Shown here: in pieces, positions 9,775 to 20,300 of the stretch
Layout: each line of letters opens with the position of its first letter
Numbering within the stretch: the stretch's first letter is position 1
NCBI GenBank assembly: GCA_963663545.1
Contig: OY760505.1
Coordinates: 2,080,001 to 2,144,000, forward strand
Reading direction: 5' to 3'
From: Candidatus Delongbacteria bacterium
GTDB taxonomy: Bacteria; CAIWAD01
Length of the DNA: 64,000 nt
Program-made: the position numbers and the translations under genes
The notes under the pieces: model-generated
Seen by the model: only the letters and a program-made list of their open reading frames with translations
Database searches by the model: none
What the model was told of the DNA's origin: nothing

Positions 9775-10662
9775 ATGCGTGCGATTGGTGTGATACGTCC
9801 GAACTTCTTGACCTTGGCGTTGTTTTGCGGTCTGCTGGCCTGGGCATCCGTTCTTGTCGAGGGCTTTCACCCTGCTTGGTGGCAGGTCGTCCTGGCCGTG
9901 ATGGGAGCTATTCTGGGGCACGCGGCTGTCAACGCCTTCAATGAAGTTTCCGATTTCACCAGCGGACTTGATTTGCGTACCGTGCGCACTCCCTTTTCCG
10001 GTGGATCCGGCACTTTGCCTACTAACCCCGATGCCCTTCCTGCTGCTCGGATTATCGCCTGGGTGACCCTGCTACTAACGGTTGCCATCGGTCTGTGGTT
10101 TGTGATACACAGCGGTTACCAGCTGCTGAGTTACGGGTTGGTGGGAGTTGTTCTGATTCTGCTTTACACGCGCTGGATCACGCGTAATCCGATACTCTGC
10201 CTGATGGCACCGGGGTTAGGATTTGGTCCGGTCATGATTGCTGGTGCTGCCCATGCCTTAGCGGGACAGTTCTCGCCAGTCGCCTTCTGGGCTTCGCTAC
10301 CCATGTTTTTCCTTGTCAGCAACTTGCTGCTGTTAAATCAATTGCCCGATGTCGAAGCGGATCGCAGTGTCGATCGAGACCATCTTGTGATACGCCACGG
10401 TGTGAAAAGCGCTGTTCGCGTGTTTGTGCTCTTTAGCGTGCTGGCTCCACTCTCGTTGCTACTGGGCGTGACACTCCATCAGCTTCCGTTGGGTGCCCTG
10501 GCGGGATTGCTGACACTGCCCGCATTGATGTTGTCTGCCAGAGGCGCGATGCGCAGTTTACGCGAGCCGGAAGCGCTCAAAGCGGCGCTAGTGCTGAATG
10601 TTGTGGCCAACAACCTGACGCCGCTGGCGATGTTTGCAGGCATGATGCTGTTCTCCCGATGA
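9775..10662 (+). CDS. UbiA-family prenyltransferase (MenA-like)
   Basis: Multi-TM protein with the aspartate-rich motifs NEVSDFTSGLD and NQLPDVEAD. Confidence 0.85.
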   Translation: MRAIGVIRPNFLTLALFCGLLAWASVLVEGFHPAWWQVVLAVMGAILGHAAVNAFNEVSDFTSGLDLRTVRTPFSGGSGTLPTNPDALPAARIIAWVTLLLTVAIGLWFVIHSGYQLLSYGLVGVVLILLYTRWITRNPILCLMAPGLGFGPVMIAGAAHALAGQFSPVAFWASLPMFFLVSNLLLLNQLPDVEADRSVDRDHLVIRHGVKSAVRVFVLFSVLAPLSLLLGVTLHQLPLGALAGLLTLPALMLSARGAMRSLREPEALKAALVLNVVANNLTPLAMFAGMMLFSR

Positions 10663-10689
10663 CCCTCAGACCAAGGAAAGGAGCGCCCG

Positions 10690-11295
10690 GTGAATCACCC
10701 CCCCGAACTGCAAGCGATCTGGGCCAAGCTGGAGAAGGGTGCGGCGGCACAGGCCGAAGCCATGTGTCGCGAGAAATTGAATGGCTGTACGGACAAGGAA
10801 CTCCGGCGTGAGGTTGAAAACCTGCTTGGTTACGCCTTGGTCGCCTTACAGCAGTTTGAAGAAGCGCGCGAGCTCTACAAGCGCTTGTTTGTGGACAGTG
10901 GTGACCATCGTTACCTGCACCAATTGGCGATGGTAGAACGTGAAGCCGGGGCCTATGAGAGGGCGCTGGAGTACGTCAAACAGGAAGCGACGCTCATTCC
11001 GGCGGACGACGCGCTGGCACTTGCCGCGAACCTCTATGAGGCAAGCCTGATCAGCTATTTCCTTTCACAGGTGCCCCAGGCGCACACATACGCCGAAAGC
11101 TGCCTACAGCAAGCACTGTGTTGTGATGACCAGGTAATGCGGGGCTGTGCTTGGCGTCTGAGCGGCGAATTAGCCAAGGCAGAATCACAGATCGCGCGAG
11201 CGCGTGAGTGCTTCCAGAATGCGATTGAAGCTTTCGAAGCGGGTGACGACGGCATTGCTGCTGCTGAAATTCGCCTACATCTCAGTAATCTATAA
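10690..11295 (+). CDS. TPR-like helical repeat protein
   Basis: Repeated A/L helical TPR-like patterns (LGYALVALQQFEEA, LAMVEREAGAYERA). Confidence 0.7.
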   Translation: MNHPPELQAIWAKLEKGAAAQAEAMCREKLNGCTDKELRREVENLLGYALVALQQFEEARELYKRLFVDSGDHRYLHQLAMVEREAGAYERALEYVKQEATLIPADDALALAANLYEASLISYFLSQVPQAHTYAESCLQQALCCDDQVMRGCAWRLSGELAKAESQIARARECFQNAIEAFEAGDDGIAAAEIRLHLSNL

Positions 11296-11362
11296 CCCTG
11301 GGTACGTCGCCGGGAACAATCTTAGACTAGCCTGACTACGAGGCCTTCATGCGGGAGGTCTT

Positions 11363-12301
11363 ATGCAAGTGCATCGCCTGATCTGGGTGTCGGCGCTCGT
11401 GCTGCTGACTCATCTGGTTGCGTCGTGCCGGGAGGAGAACGTGAACGATCAGCCCACTTATCGCCCACTGACGACCAGCGAGGAGCGCGTCATTGTTCGC
11501 AAGGGCACCGAGCGGGCCTTTAGTGGCGACTTGTACCACAACGAGTTGTCCGGTACATATCATTGTCGCCGGTGCAATGCTGCTTTGTATCACTCGCGCG
11601 ACAAGTTCGACTCGGGATGCGGATGGCCGAGCTTCGATGACGAAGTCGAGGGGGCCGTTCGCCGTGTACCGGATGCCGACGGTCGCCGCACTGAAATTGT
11701 CTGTGCCAGCTGCGGTGGCCACCTTGGTCATGTATTTCTGGGCGAGGGCTTTACGGGGAAAGATACCCGGCATTGCGTCAACAGCGTTTCCATGACCTTT
11801 GTACCTGATTCGGTCCAGCAGGAACGAGCGCTGTTCGCCGGTGGCTGCTTCTGGGGCAGCGAGTACTTTCTGCAACAAATCCCCGGTGTACTTTCCACAA
11901 CAGTCGGATACACGGGTGGGGATGTATCACACCCTAGCTATCAGCAGGTATGCACAGGTACAACAGGGCACGCCGAGGCGGTCGAAGTTGTTTTCAATCC
12001 GCACGAAGTGAGTTTTGCGCAGGTGGCGCGTGTTTTCTTTGAGACTCACGATCCTGGACAATTAAACCGGCAGGGCCCGGATGTCGGGGAGCAGTATCGT
12101 AGCGCGCTGTATTACACCTCCGAGGAGCAACACCAGACTGCAGAAGAACTGGTTGCCCTGCTAAGGGAGAAGGGTCAACGCGTTGTGACACAAATTCTGC
12201 CAGCCGGTGAATTCTATCCCGCTGAGGAGTATCATCAGGACTATTACATGCACAAGGGAACGCTCCCCTACTGCCATGTGTATCGGCCTCGATTTGAGTA
12301 A
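11363..12301 (+). CDS. msrAB: Fused methionine sulfoxide reductase MsrB-MsrA, likely lipoprotein
   Basis: MsrB motifs CRRC, DSGCGWPSF, CASCGGHLGHVF and RHCVNS. MsrA motifs GCFWG and FYPAEEYHQDY. N-terminal hydrophobic stretch ending VASC. Confidence 0.95.
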   Translation: MQVHRLIWVSALVLLTHLVASCREENVNDQPTYRPLTTSEERVIVRKGTERAFSGDLYHNELSGTYHCRRCNAALYHSRDKFDSGCGWPSFDDEVEGAVRRVPDADGRRTEIVCASCGGHLGHVFLGEGFTGKDTRHCVNSVSMTFVPDSVQQERALFAGGCFWGSEYFLQQIPGVLSTTVGYTGGDVSHPSYQQVCTGTTGHAEAVEVVFNPHEVSFAQVARVFFETHDPGQLNRQGPDVGEQYRSALYYTSEEQHQTAEELVALLREKGQRVVTQILPAGEFYPAEEYHQDYYMHKGTLPYCHVYRPRFE

Positions 12302-12555
12302 GTAACTCCGCTTTGTCACACGTCGCCCCACGTGTGACATGCCATCCTTTGGATGGTACCTCCTTTCCGCTGCGTCATACGCAGCACGCGCGCTGTGACA
12401 GAACATGGCGCGTGCGTATCATGACGTGGAGCCTCTGCGCCCGACCAGGAAGCGAAAGCGATCCGGGAACCGGGCGCAGGGGTGTTTTTACGCTGCCAAT
12501 TCGGATTTGTACCGCAAGCCTGAGCCAAGCTACCTTGCAGGAAAGTGAGGTACAC

Positions 12556-13101
12556 ATGCACGATATGCTTCATGGCCGGAAGCGCGACCAGCGCGTGCTA
12601 CAACTTCCTGAGCGGATTCCGCCGGAGATCGCGCGTTGGATCTGGGTTTTGACCGATACGCGTGAGCGCACGATTGCCAGTTTGCGTGGAGTCGATCAGG
12701 ATCTTCTGGATCGCGAACCCCACCACGGAAACAGCATCGCTAGCCTGCTGTATCACATTGCCGTCATCGAGCTGTCCTATCTCTACGAAGACATCCTGGG
12801 ACTTGGTTGGTGCGAGGAGTTGTCCACCATGGTGGATCACGGTGTGCGCGAAGAGGATGGTCATCTGGTGCGAGTTCGCGGTGAGACTCTGCAGCGACAC
12901 CTCGAGCGACTGGAGGCATCACGCAGTCTGCTTATCGGCACCTTGGTGGAGATGAAGCCGGAAGAGCTTCCTCGAACCCGTATTACCGCAGACTACACCA
13001 TATCGACCGAGTGGGCCTTGCATCATCTTGTGCAACATGAAGCACAACATCGCGGACAGATCGAGTTGACGCGACTTATCTACAAGGAGCAGGAAGCATG
13101 A
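12556..13101 (+). CDS. DinB-family protein
   Basis: SIASLLYHIA and HLVQHEAQHRGQI His motifs. A GAGG RBS precedes ATG 12556. Confidence 0.85.
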   Translation: MHDMLHGRKRDQRVLQLPERIPPEIARWIWVLTDTRERTIASLRGVDQDLLDREPHHGNSIASLLYHIAVIELSYLYEDILGLGWCEELSTMVDHGVREEDGHLVRVRGETLQRHLERLEASRSLLIGTLVEMKPEELPRTRITADYTISTEWALHHLVQHEAQHRGQIELTRLIYKEQEA

Positions 13102-13613
13102 TGCTGTTGAACAAGGAGGAGTTGCTGACGGCGTTTCTCCGCGAAATCGATATCTGCATTCATTTGTATCACAAGCTCCCAGCAGACTCACTGGAATTCC
13201 GGCCCACGCCCGGGCAGCGATCGGTTCTTGAGCTGCTGCAGTACATCAGCTACATGACAGCGGGCTTTGTGAAGGCGGTTGTTCAGGAGGAGTGGGAGCT
13301 CTATCGTTGTGGCGAGGCGAACTGTCACGACCTGAAGGCCAGCGACTTTCCGGAAGCAATGGAAGAGCAGAAGAGGCTTCTGCGAGAGCTGTTTGCTTCG
13401 CTAAGCGAAGATCAGATACGGGCACGTCGTGTGACAATGCCCTGGGGAGAAGAAGTGAGCCTGGGCGCAGGGTTGCTGGAGTTTCCCTATCGCTGCATCG
13501 TCGGTTATCGCATGCAGCTCTTTCTTTACGCCAAGGCAGCGGGCAACAGCGACATCAGCACCGCCAACTGCTGGGCGGGCGTCGATGTGAACACGGCCAA
13601 GGCCGTCAAGTAA
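13098..13613 (+). CDS. DinB-like protein (His-less variant)
   Basis: FRPTPGQRS..ELLQY and YRMQLFLYAK motifs. Coupled to the upstream DinB by an ATGA overlap. Confidence 0.7.
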   Translation: MMLLNKEELLTAFLREIDICIHLYHKLPADSLEFRPTPGQRSVLELLQYISYMTAGFVKAVVQEEWELYRCGEANCHDLKASDFPEAMEEQKRLLRELFASLSEDQIRARRVTMPWGEEVSLGAGLLEFPYRCIVGYRMQLFLYAKAAGNSDISTANCWAGVDVNTAKAVK

Positions 13614-13630
13614 GAGTGGGTGATTCGAAC

Positions 13631-14239
13631 ATGGCCACTTCGTTTGTCCTGCAGGAGCTGCAGGAAGCACGTGAAGAGTTCCTTGAGCTGGAGCTGTATC
13701 ACAGAACTATTGAGAGCTACATCTCCGAGTATCAGGTACGTGGTTGCAGCGTCGCGGGACGAAGGCGGCAAGGTCGACCTACTGGCCTGGATTGCGGTAG
13801 TTTCAGCAGCCGCTTGCGCGCCTCCTTCCTTGTTTCCCTGATGTCTGCGCTGGATCACCATCTGGGCAACATCTGTTACGCGTTGTATCACATGCAGCAC
13901 AGCCAACTTGCGCCACATGATCTGCGGGGAAGCACCGTAGAGCGTGGGCACAAGTACTTGAAGGCGGTGCAGGGCTTTACACGTCCGGAAAACGAAGAGT
14001 GGGAACAGCTCGCCGCGTACTTTGCGCTACGAAATCTGATTGTGCACAACGGCTCTGATGTGGACGAAAGCCGTCACGAACAACGGCTGCGCAGCTTCCT
14101 GGAGCGCACCGAGGGGATTAGCTGCGATAGCGAGGGCGTGCTGGAAATCGAGGCCGTCTTTTGTCGGCGTGTGTTGACAGAGTTGCTGTCCTTCATGCAA
14201 GAGCTGCAGGAAGAAACGGGCCGCGTGATACATAAATAG
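13631..14239 (+). CDS. Helical hypothetical protein with HEPN-like RxxxxH motif
   Basis: All-helical pattern with the motif LRNLIVHNG. Confidence 0.6.
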   Translation: MATSFVLQELQEAREEFLELELYHRTIESYISEYQVRGCSVAGRRRQGRPTGLDCGSFSSRLRASFLVSLMSALDHHLGNICYALYHMQHSQLAPHDLRGSTVERGHKYLKAVQGFTRPENEEWEQLAAYFALRNLIVHNGSDVDESRHEQRLRSFLERTEGISCDSEGVLEIEAVFCRRVLTELLSFMQELQEETGRVIHK

Positions 14240-14263
14240 ACAGGGCCGGCGAACCGGCCCTGT
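14240..14263. terminator. Hairpin between convergent genes
   Basis: ACAGGGCCGG-CGAA-CCGGCCCTGT, a perfect 10-bp stem. Confidence 0.7.
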
Positions 14264-14285
14264 GATGCACGCTGTCGAAGCTCGA

Positions 14286-15917
14286 TCAGTTGCCCGTCAT
14301 CATTGCAGCAACGTCGGCTTCCACCTCGCCGATGGGCTTGATACCGAAAGTCTCCACCAGCACCTTTGCTACTCCAGGCGACAGGAACGCCGGCAGCGTT
14401 GGTCCCAGGCGCATGCCTTTGAACCCCAAGTGCAGTAGCGCCAGCAGTACGGTGACTGCCTTCTGCTCGTACCAGGCAATATCGAAGCTCAGGGGTAGGT
14501 CGTTGATGTCTTCCAGTTCAAAGACCTCGCGCAGCTTCAACGCGATCAGCGCCAGGCTGTAGCTGTCGTTGCACTGCCCCGCATCCAGCACACGCGGAAT
14601 ACCGCCGATGTCGCCCAGTTGCAGCTTGTTGTAGCGGTACTTGGCGCAGCCAGCGGTTAGAATTACCGTGTCCTGCGGCAGCGCCTCCGCTACGTCAGTG
14701 AAATAGCTGCGCGAATGGTGCCGACCGTCGCAACCCGCCATGACCACAAAGCGCTTGATGGCGCCGCTGCGAACCGCGTCCACAACCTTGTCCGCAAGCG
14801 CCAACACCTGATTGTGCGCGAAGCCGCCGACGATTGTACCCTTCTCAAGTTCGACGGGAGCCGCACAGCCTTTGGCCTGTGCAATCAACTCGCTGAAATC
14901 CTTGCGTCCTTCGGCGTCCTCTTCGATATGTCTCACACCGCTGTATCCGGCCATTCCCGTTGTCCAGATACGGCCACGATAGCTGTCCTTTACCGGTGTG
15001 ATACAATTGGTGGTCATCAAAATTGGACCGTTGAAGGACTCGAACTCCTTGTCCTGATTCCACCAGGAGCTTCCATAGTTACCGAAGAAGTGGTCGTACT
15101 TTTTGAAGGCCGGGTAATAGTGTGCGGGCAGCATTTCGCTGTGGGTGTAGATGTCCACGCCCGCGTCTTTGCTCTGTTCCAGCAGCTCCGCCAGATCTTT
15201 CAGGTCGTGGCCGCTGATCAGAATACCCGGGCGCTGTCCGGCGTCAAGTCGCACCTCACTGATCTCGGGGTGTCCATAGGTACTGGTGTTGGCGGTGTCG
15301 AGCAGTGCCATGGTAGTGACGGCAATTTCACCAGCCTTCAACACCAGTCCAAGCGCCACATCGCCCTGTTCATTCTCGATGGTGGACGCCAGAGCTTCCA
15401 GGACGAAATCCCAAATGCCGATCTCCTGGTGACCCAATGCGGCGGCGTGACACGCGTAAGCGGCAATGCCCTTAACGCCATAGGTCAAAAGCTCGCGCAG
15501 ACTGCGCAGATCTTCGTCGGCGGTCAATGCGGGAATGTTGACCAGATAACCCTGAGCCAGCAATTCCTCATCCTCACCGGGCTTCCATGTGACACACGCA
15601 GGATCGTTGGATCGTGTATCACCGGCTAACACTGTGTCACGACGCTGCACTGTTTCCCTGATCAGGGCGATCATGCGCAGATCGTCAAAGTTGCCGTTTG
15701 TGATTGTGGCAAAGAGTGCCTGACCGGCGAAGTAGCCGTGGTCAAGGCGAACCGCTTCTGCGGGCTTGGTGCGGCGGACCGCGATGGCGAGTCCTTTCAG
15801 ACTCCAGATCAGCAGATCCTGCAATGCACTGGTGCTTGCTTCTTTTCCGCAGACGCCTTTCAACGTGCAACCCGTGCAGTGGGCCGCTTCCTGGCACTGG
15901 TAACAGAACATCGACAT
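14286..15917 (-). CDS. hcp: Hybrid cluster protein (hydroxylamine/NO reductase)
   Basis: [45 protein letters not shown] and WYEQKAV motifs. A GAGGAG RBS is present. Confidence 0.97.
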   Translation of the reverse strand: MSMFCYQCQEAAHCTGCTLKGVCGKEASTSALQDLLIWSLKGLAIAVRRTKPAEAVRLDHGYFAGQALFATITNGNFDDLRMIALIRETVQRRDTVLAGDTRSNDPACVTWKPGEDEELLAQGYLVNIPALTADEDLRSLRELLTYGVKGIAAYACHAAALGHQEIGIWDFVLEALASTIENEQGDVALGLVLKAGEIAVTTMALLDTANTSTYGHPEISEVRLDAGQRPGILISGHDLKDLAELLEQSKDAGVDIYTHSEMLPAHYYPAFKKYDHFFGNYGSSWWNQDKEFESFNGPILMTTNCITPVKDSYRGRIWTTGMAGYSGVRHIEEDAEGRKDFSELIAQAKGCAAPVELEKGTIVGGFAHNQVLALADKVVDAVRSGAIKRFVVMAGCDGRHHSRSYFTDVAEALPQDTVILTAGCAKYRYNKLQLGDIGGIPRVLDAGQCNDSYSLALIALKLREVFELEDINDLPLSFDIAWYEQKAVTVLLALLHLGFKGMRLGPTLPAFLSPGVAKVLVETFGIKPIGEVEADVAAMMTGN

Positions 15918-15975
15918 GAGATACTCCTCGTGTTGTTGACTGGTCACAAAGTGCATGCGCCCCGGGCAGAGAATC

Positions 15976-15991
15976 CTTGACCTGAATCAAG
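15976..15991. promoter_or_regulatory. FNR/DNR/HcpR-type (Crp-Fnr family) operator
   Basis: cTTGAC-CTGA-ATCAAg matches TTGAT-N4-ATCAA at 9 of 10 positions and lies about 60 bp upstream of hcp. Confidence 0.7.
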
Positions 15992-16119
15992 TGGCAATGA
16001 GAGCCTTGTTCTTGAGGCTACAAATTTTGCTTGCGAGAAGCCCGTCAGGCCTGTTCATTGGCTTTGACGTGATGGGATCGCCGCAATAGAGCTTACAGCA
16101 ATAGGAGACTTCAAGGCGT

Positions 16120-17268
16120 ATGGTATCGCACTTTGCCGCGCCGGAACGCGCCGATCAAACGGTTGTGCTACACCAGGCGCAGCTCCTCTGTGATAGTCCA
16201 CTTGTCAGTGAATTGCTGGGTCTGGTCAGCGGCCTGGTCGCGGTCATCAACGAACACCGGCAACTGGTGGCGCTTAACCGCAAGCTGCTGGACTTGCTGG
16301 ATGTGCCCGATGCCGCTGAATTGCTTGGGCTACGACTCGGCGAAGCCGTTGGCTGCATTCACGCGCACGAGATGGATGCCGGCTGTGGAACGAGCGAGTA
16401 CTGCGCGACCTGCGGCGCGGTCATTGCCATGGTACTTTCACAGGAGCAGGACCGGCCCGTCGAGCGCGAGTGCATCCTTGAAGCCATGCGCCACGGGCGC
16501 GAAGTGCACATGGTGCTGCGCGTGCAGACACAGCCGATGCCGATCGATGGGCGACGCTTTACCCTGCTCTTCCTGCAGGACCGCACAAGCGAACATCAAC
16601 AGGCGATTCTGGAGCGCGTCTTCCTGCACGATTTGACGAATCTGGTGAGTGGAATTCAGGCGGCCAGCCAGTTGCTGATTTGGGACAATCAGGAGGACGG
16701 CGAGAGTATCAAATACCAGGTGGCCGGATATGCCGACCGTCTGGCGGGCGAGATCGCCATGCATCGCATGCTGCTGGATGGCGACTCGTGGACCTATACG
16801 CCACAGTTCAAGCACGTCGCGTTGTCGGAGATTGTCGAAGGACTGCAGAATTCGCTGTGTCACCATCCGGCAACGAGCGGCAAGCGGATTCAATGGCCGC
16901 AACCACTGCCTCTGGGGGAGATTCTGACGGATCAGGTGGCCTTGTTGCGTGTGCTGACCAACATGCTGATCAACGCGCTGGAGGCGAGCGAACCCGGAGA
17001 GGTCGTACGCGTCAGCATCAAGCAGGGTGATACCTTGATGATTCAAGTCTGGAACAGTGCCGTTATCTCGGAATTGCATCAACGCCGCATTTTCCAGCGC
17101 AACTTCAGCACCAAAACCGGACATGGCCGTGGCATTGGTACTTACGCAATGAAATTCTTGAGCGAACGTGTGTTACATGGACGGGTCGAGTTCAGTTCGA
17201 ACCTTCATCAGGGAACCGTTTTCACGGTGTCTTTGCCGCATGCGCCAGATGCTGCGCCATCCATGTGA
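16120..17268 (+). CDS. Cytoplasmic sensor histidine kinase with Cys-rich PAS-like N-terminus
   Basis: H-box FLHDLTN, N-box NMLINALEA, G-box FSTK.GHGRGIG, and a C-x9-C-x5-C-x2-C cluster. Confidence 0.9.
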   Translation: MVSHFAAPERADQTVVLHQAQLLCDSPLVSELLGLVSGLVAVINEHRQLVALNRKLLDLLDVPDAAELLGLRLGEAVGCIHAHEMDAGCGTSEYCATCGAVIAMVLSQEQDRPVERECILEAMRHGREVHMVLRVQTQPMPIDGRRFTLLFLQDRTSEHQQAILERVFLHDLTNLVSGIQAASQLLIWDNQEDGESIKYQVAGYADRLAGEIAMHRMLLDGDSWTYTPQFKHVALSEIVEGLQNSLCHHPATSGKRIQWPQPLPLGEILTDQVALLRVLTNMLINALEASEPGEVVRVSIKQGDTLMIQVWNSAVISELHQRRIFQRNFSTKTGHGRGIGTYAMKFLSERVLHGRVEFSSNLHQGTVFTVSLPHAPDAAPSM

Positions 17269-17374
17269 GACGTGATCCATCCTACTTCCTCAAATGCCGA
17301 TAGATAGGTCTGGACAAGTTGTTTGTGGCAAAGCTGAAGATGGAGTGGTCGACAGTTTACCTGGAAGAATCTGC

Positions 17375-20300
17375 ATGAGAATCGGAATCTCATCTACTTT
17401 TCATCTTTTTGTAACACGTGGTATTCTCACTCTTGCCTTGTTGCTGTTTTCTGATGTATCACAGACCTTGGCGCAAGGGCCTGCTGTTACCTTTCTTCCG
17501 GACAGCCTGCAGAAATGGGTTGGGGCGCAGGATTCCATACGTGTCGGCATTGATCCGACCTGGCCACCAATTGAGTGGTACGACGAGGACAACAATCCAC
17601 GTGGCTTGTCGGTCGATCTGCTGGAGTACATTGCTTCGGTTACGGGCTTGAACTTCAGCTATATGGGCCCACGGCCTTGGTCAGAGCTCGTCGAGGCTGC
17701 CAGAGTAGGTGATGTCGACCTGCTTCCCGGTGTTGTGCCGGTCGCCGATCGCGAAAGTTTCCTCACCTTTGTGTCACGTTACGACAGCTACCCGATCATG
17801 ATCTACACGCGTGATGATGTGGGCTATGTGCAGCAACTTGGCGTGCTCTCGGGCAAGCGCGTGGCCTTCATCGAGGGGTACGTGGTTGGCGATTGGGTGA
17901 CCGCTGATTATCCGGGCATTGAGCGCGTGTACTATTCCTCGGCTCTCGATGCGTTGGAGGCACTCCAGGACGAGCAGGTTTTTGCCTTTCTCGATAATCC
18001 TGCCGTGGTGGACCGCATTTGCCTGGAGCGCAACTATGCACACCTGAAGGTTTCGGGCATCACCGAGTACAGCTTCGATCTGGCTTTTGGTGTGCGAAAG
18101 AGCATGCCTGAGTTGGCCGCCATACTGCACTTGGCGATGGAAAACATGTCGCAGCAGAAGCGAAATCAGATTTGCAGTGTGTGTCTTGAACCCGGAATAG
18201 AAAAGTCTTCGACCGGTGTGTGGCTGAGTCTGATTGCCCTGGGTCTTATTCTGCTAATGCTGCACAACAATGTATTACGGCGCATCATCCGGCGTCGTAC
18301 TACGCAGCTGCAGGAGCTGAACCAATCGTTGGAAGCGCGCGTGGGTGCCTATGAGCAAGTACAACGAGATCTGCAGACCTCGGAATTACGTTACCAGGAA
18401 ATCGTCAATTCTACCTACGATGCGCTGCTGGTTCACGATGTTCACGGAGCCATTCTGGAGGTCAACGAGCGCACGGCGCAGCTATTTGGGTATAGCCAGG
18501 AGGAGATGCTTCGCTGTAGCCTCGGGGATCTGTGCGCTGGTGGCGAGTACACGCTGGAAGGGGCCATGGAGCACCTCAACCAGGCTCTGGCAAAGGGAAC
18601 AGATGAGTTCGAATGGCGCTGCAAACGCAAGGATGGAAGTGAGTTCTGGGGTGACGTGGCCCTGCGTGCTTCCCTTATCGCGGGAGAAACACGGCTGATT
18701 GCCACTGTTCGCAATATGGACGAACGTCGCCGCGCACTGGACGAGCTGGCTACAACGCGAACCATGTTGGAGGCCACACTCGACCAGACTCCGGCCGGAA
18801 TTGTGGTGCTGGACAACGACGGTGTGACACGCTACATCAATAGGGCCGCCTGTGATATCAGTGCTCTTGACGAGCAGGGTTTTTACGAGAGCGGAGAGAA
18901 ACTTCCCCCATTGGCACGCAATTGCGTGTATCACGACGGTGCGGTTCCTGATCCCGATGACCAGCCCGTTCAGAGAGCCTTGCGCGAGGGAATTGCGACG
19001 CGAAATCAGCGGATGCTGTTTACGCGTCCCAGGGGTGAGACGCGCGAACTGCTAGTATCCGCGGCGCCCATTCGCAACCTGGAGGGCAAGGTTGTTGCAG
19101 CAATTGGCGTGTATGTGGATGTGAGCGACCAGACACGCACGACGGCTGCACTGCACGAGACTGAAATTCGCTACCGCCAGCTCTTTGAAAGCGCTTCCGA
19201 TGCCATTTTTCTGATGCATGGCGAGAGGTTTATTGATTGTAACACGCGAACACTGACGCTGTTCGGCTGTTCACGGGCAGACATCATCGGCCAATCGCCG
19301 GATATCTTTTCGCCCCCTTTCCAGGAGGATGGACGACCTTCGGCAGAAGCTGCCATGGAACACATCAATGCTGTCAACGAAGGATTGCCGCAGTTCTTCG
19401 ATTGGATCCACTCACGTCTTGACGGAGTGCCTTTCTTCGCCGAAGTATCACTCAGCTTGATCAATTCAGAGGATCAGGATCTAGTCTTGGCCATTGTTCG
19501 CGACGTCTCCGATCGTCGGCGTGCGGAGGATGAGCGCGGCAAATTGGCCACGGTAGTAGAACAGGCAACAGAAGATGTAATGCTCACAGATAAAAATGGT
19601 GTGATACAATATGTAAATCCTGCCTTTACGCGTATCACAGGCTACAGTCGCGAAGAAGCAATCGGGAAGACGCCCTCCTTCTTGCGTAGCGGCCTGCACA
19701 GCGATGAGTTTTATCGCGATCTATGGAACACCGTCGGTTCTGGTCGAGTCTGGCGTGGCACGCTGACCAATCGCCACGCCGATGGCAGCAACGTAATCGA
19801 AGACGCGATCATCTCGCCTATGTGTGATAGCACAGGCAGCACCATCGGCTTTGTAGCTGTTAAGCGCGACATCACCGACCGTGTGCAGCTTGAAGAGCAA
19901 CTGCGTCACGCTCAGAAGATGGAAGCCGTGGGGCAGCTTGCCGGCGGTGTAGCACACGACTTCAATAATCTGCTGCAAGTGATCATGGGCTACACCGAAA
20001 TGGTGCGCGATGACAAAGAGGTTACGGAACAGATTCACGAGTACGCCTCTGAAGTACTGCAGGCCGGTAACCGGGCGCGCAGTCTGATTCAGCAACTACT
20101 GGCCTTCAGCAGACGTGATGCACTGCAGCTCAAACGCATCGATCTGAATCAGGTGCTGGCTGGATCCGTTCGCATGGTGCATCGACTCATTGGCACGAAC
20201 ATCATGTTGGATTTCCAGCCGGGTGAAATTGGAATGGTAATGGCCGATGCCGGTCAGATGGAGCAGATCATTGTCAACCTGTGCATAAATTCGCGCGACG

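Noticed and set aside
13292..13630. N-terminal extension of the 315-aa ORF
   Set aside because: It overlaps the DinB-like gene. ATG 13631 follows that gene's stop.
15641..17169. ~1.5-kb gap in the motif as evidence of recent horizontal transfer
   Set aside because: With about 230 sites at a mean spacing of ~280 bp, roughly one gap this long is expected by chance.
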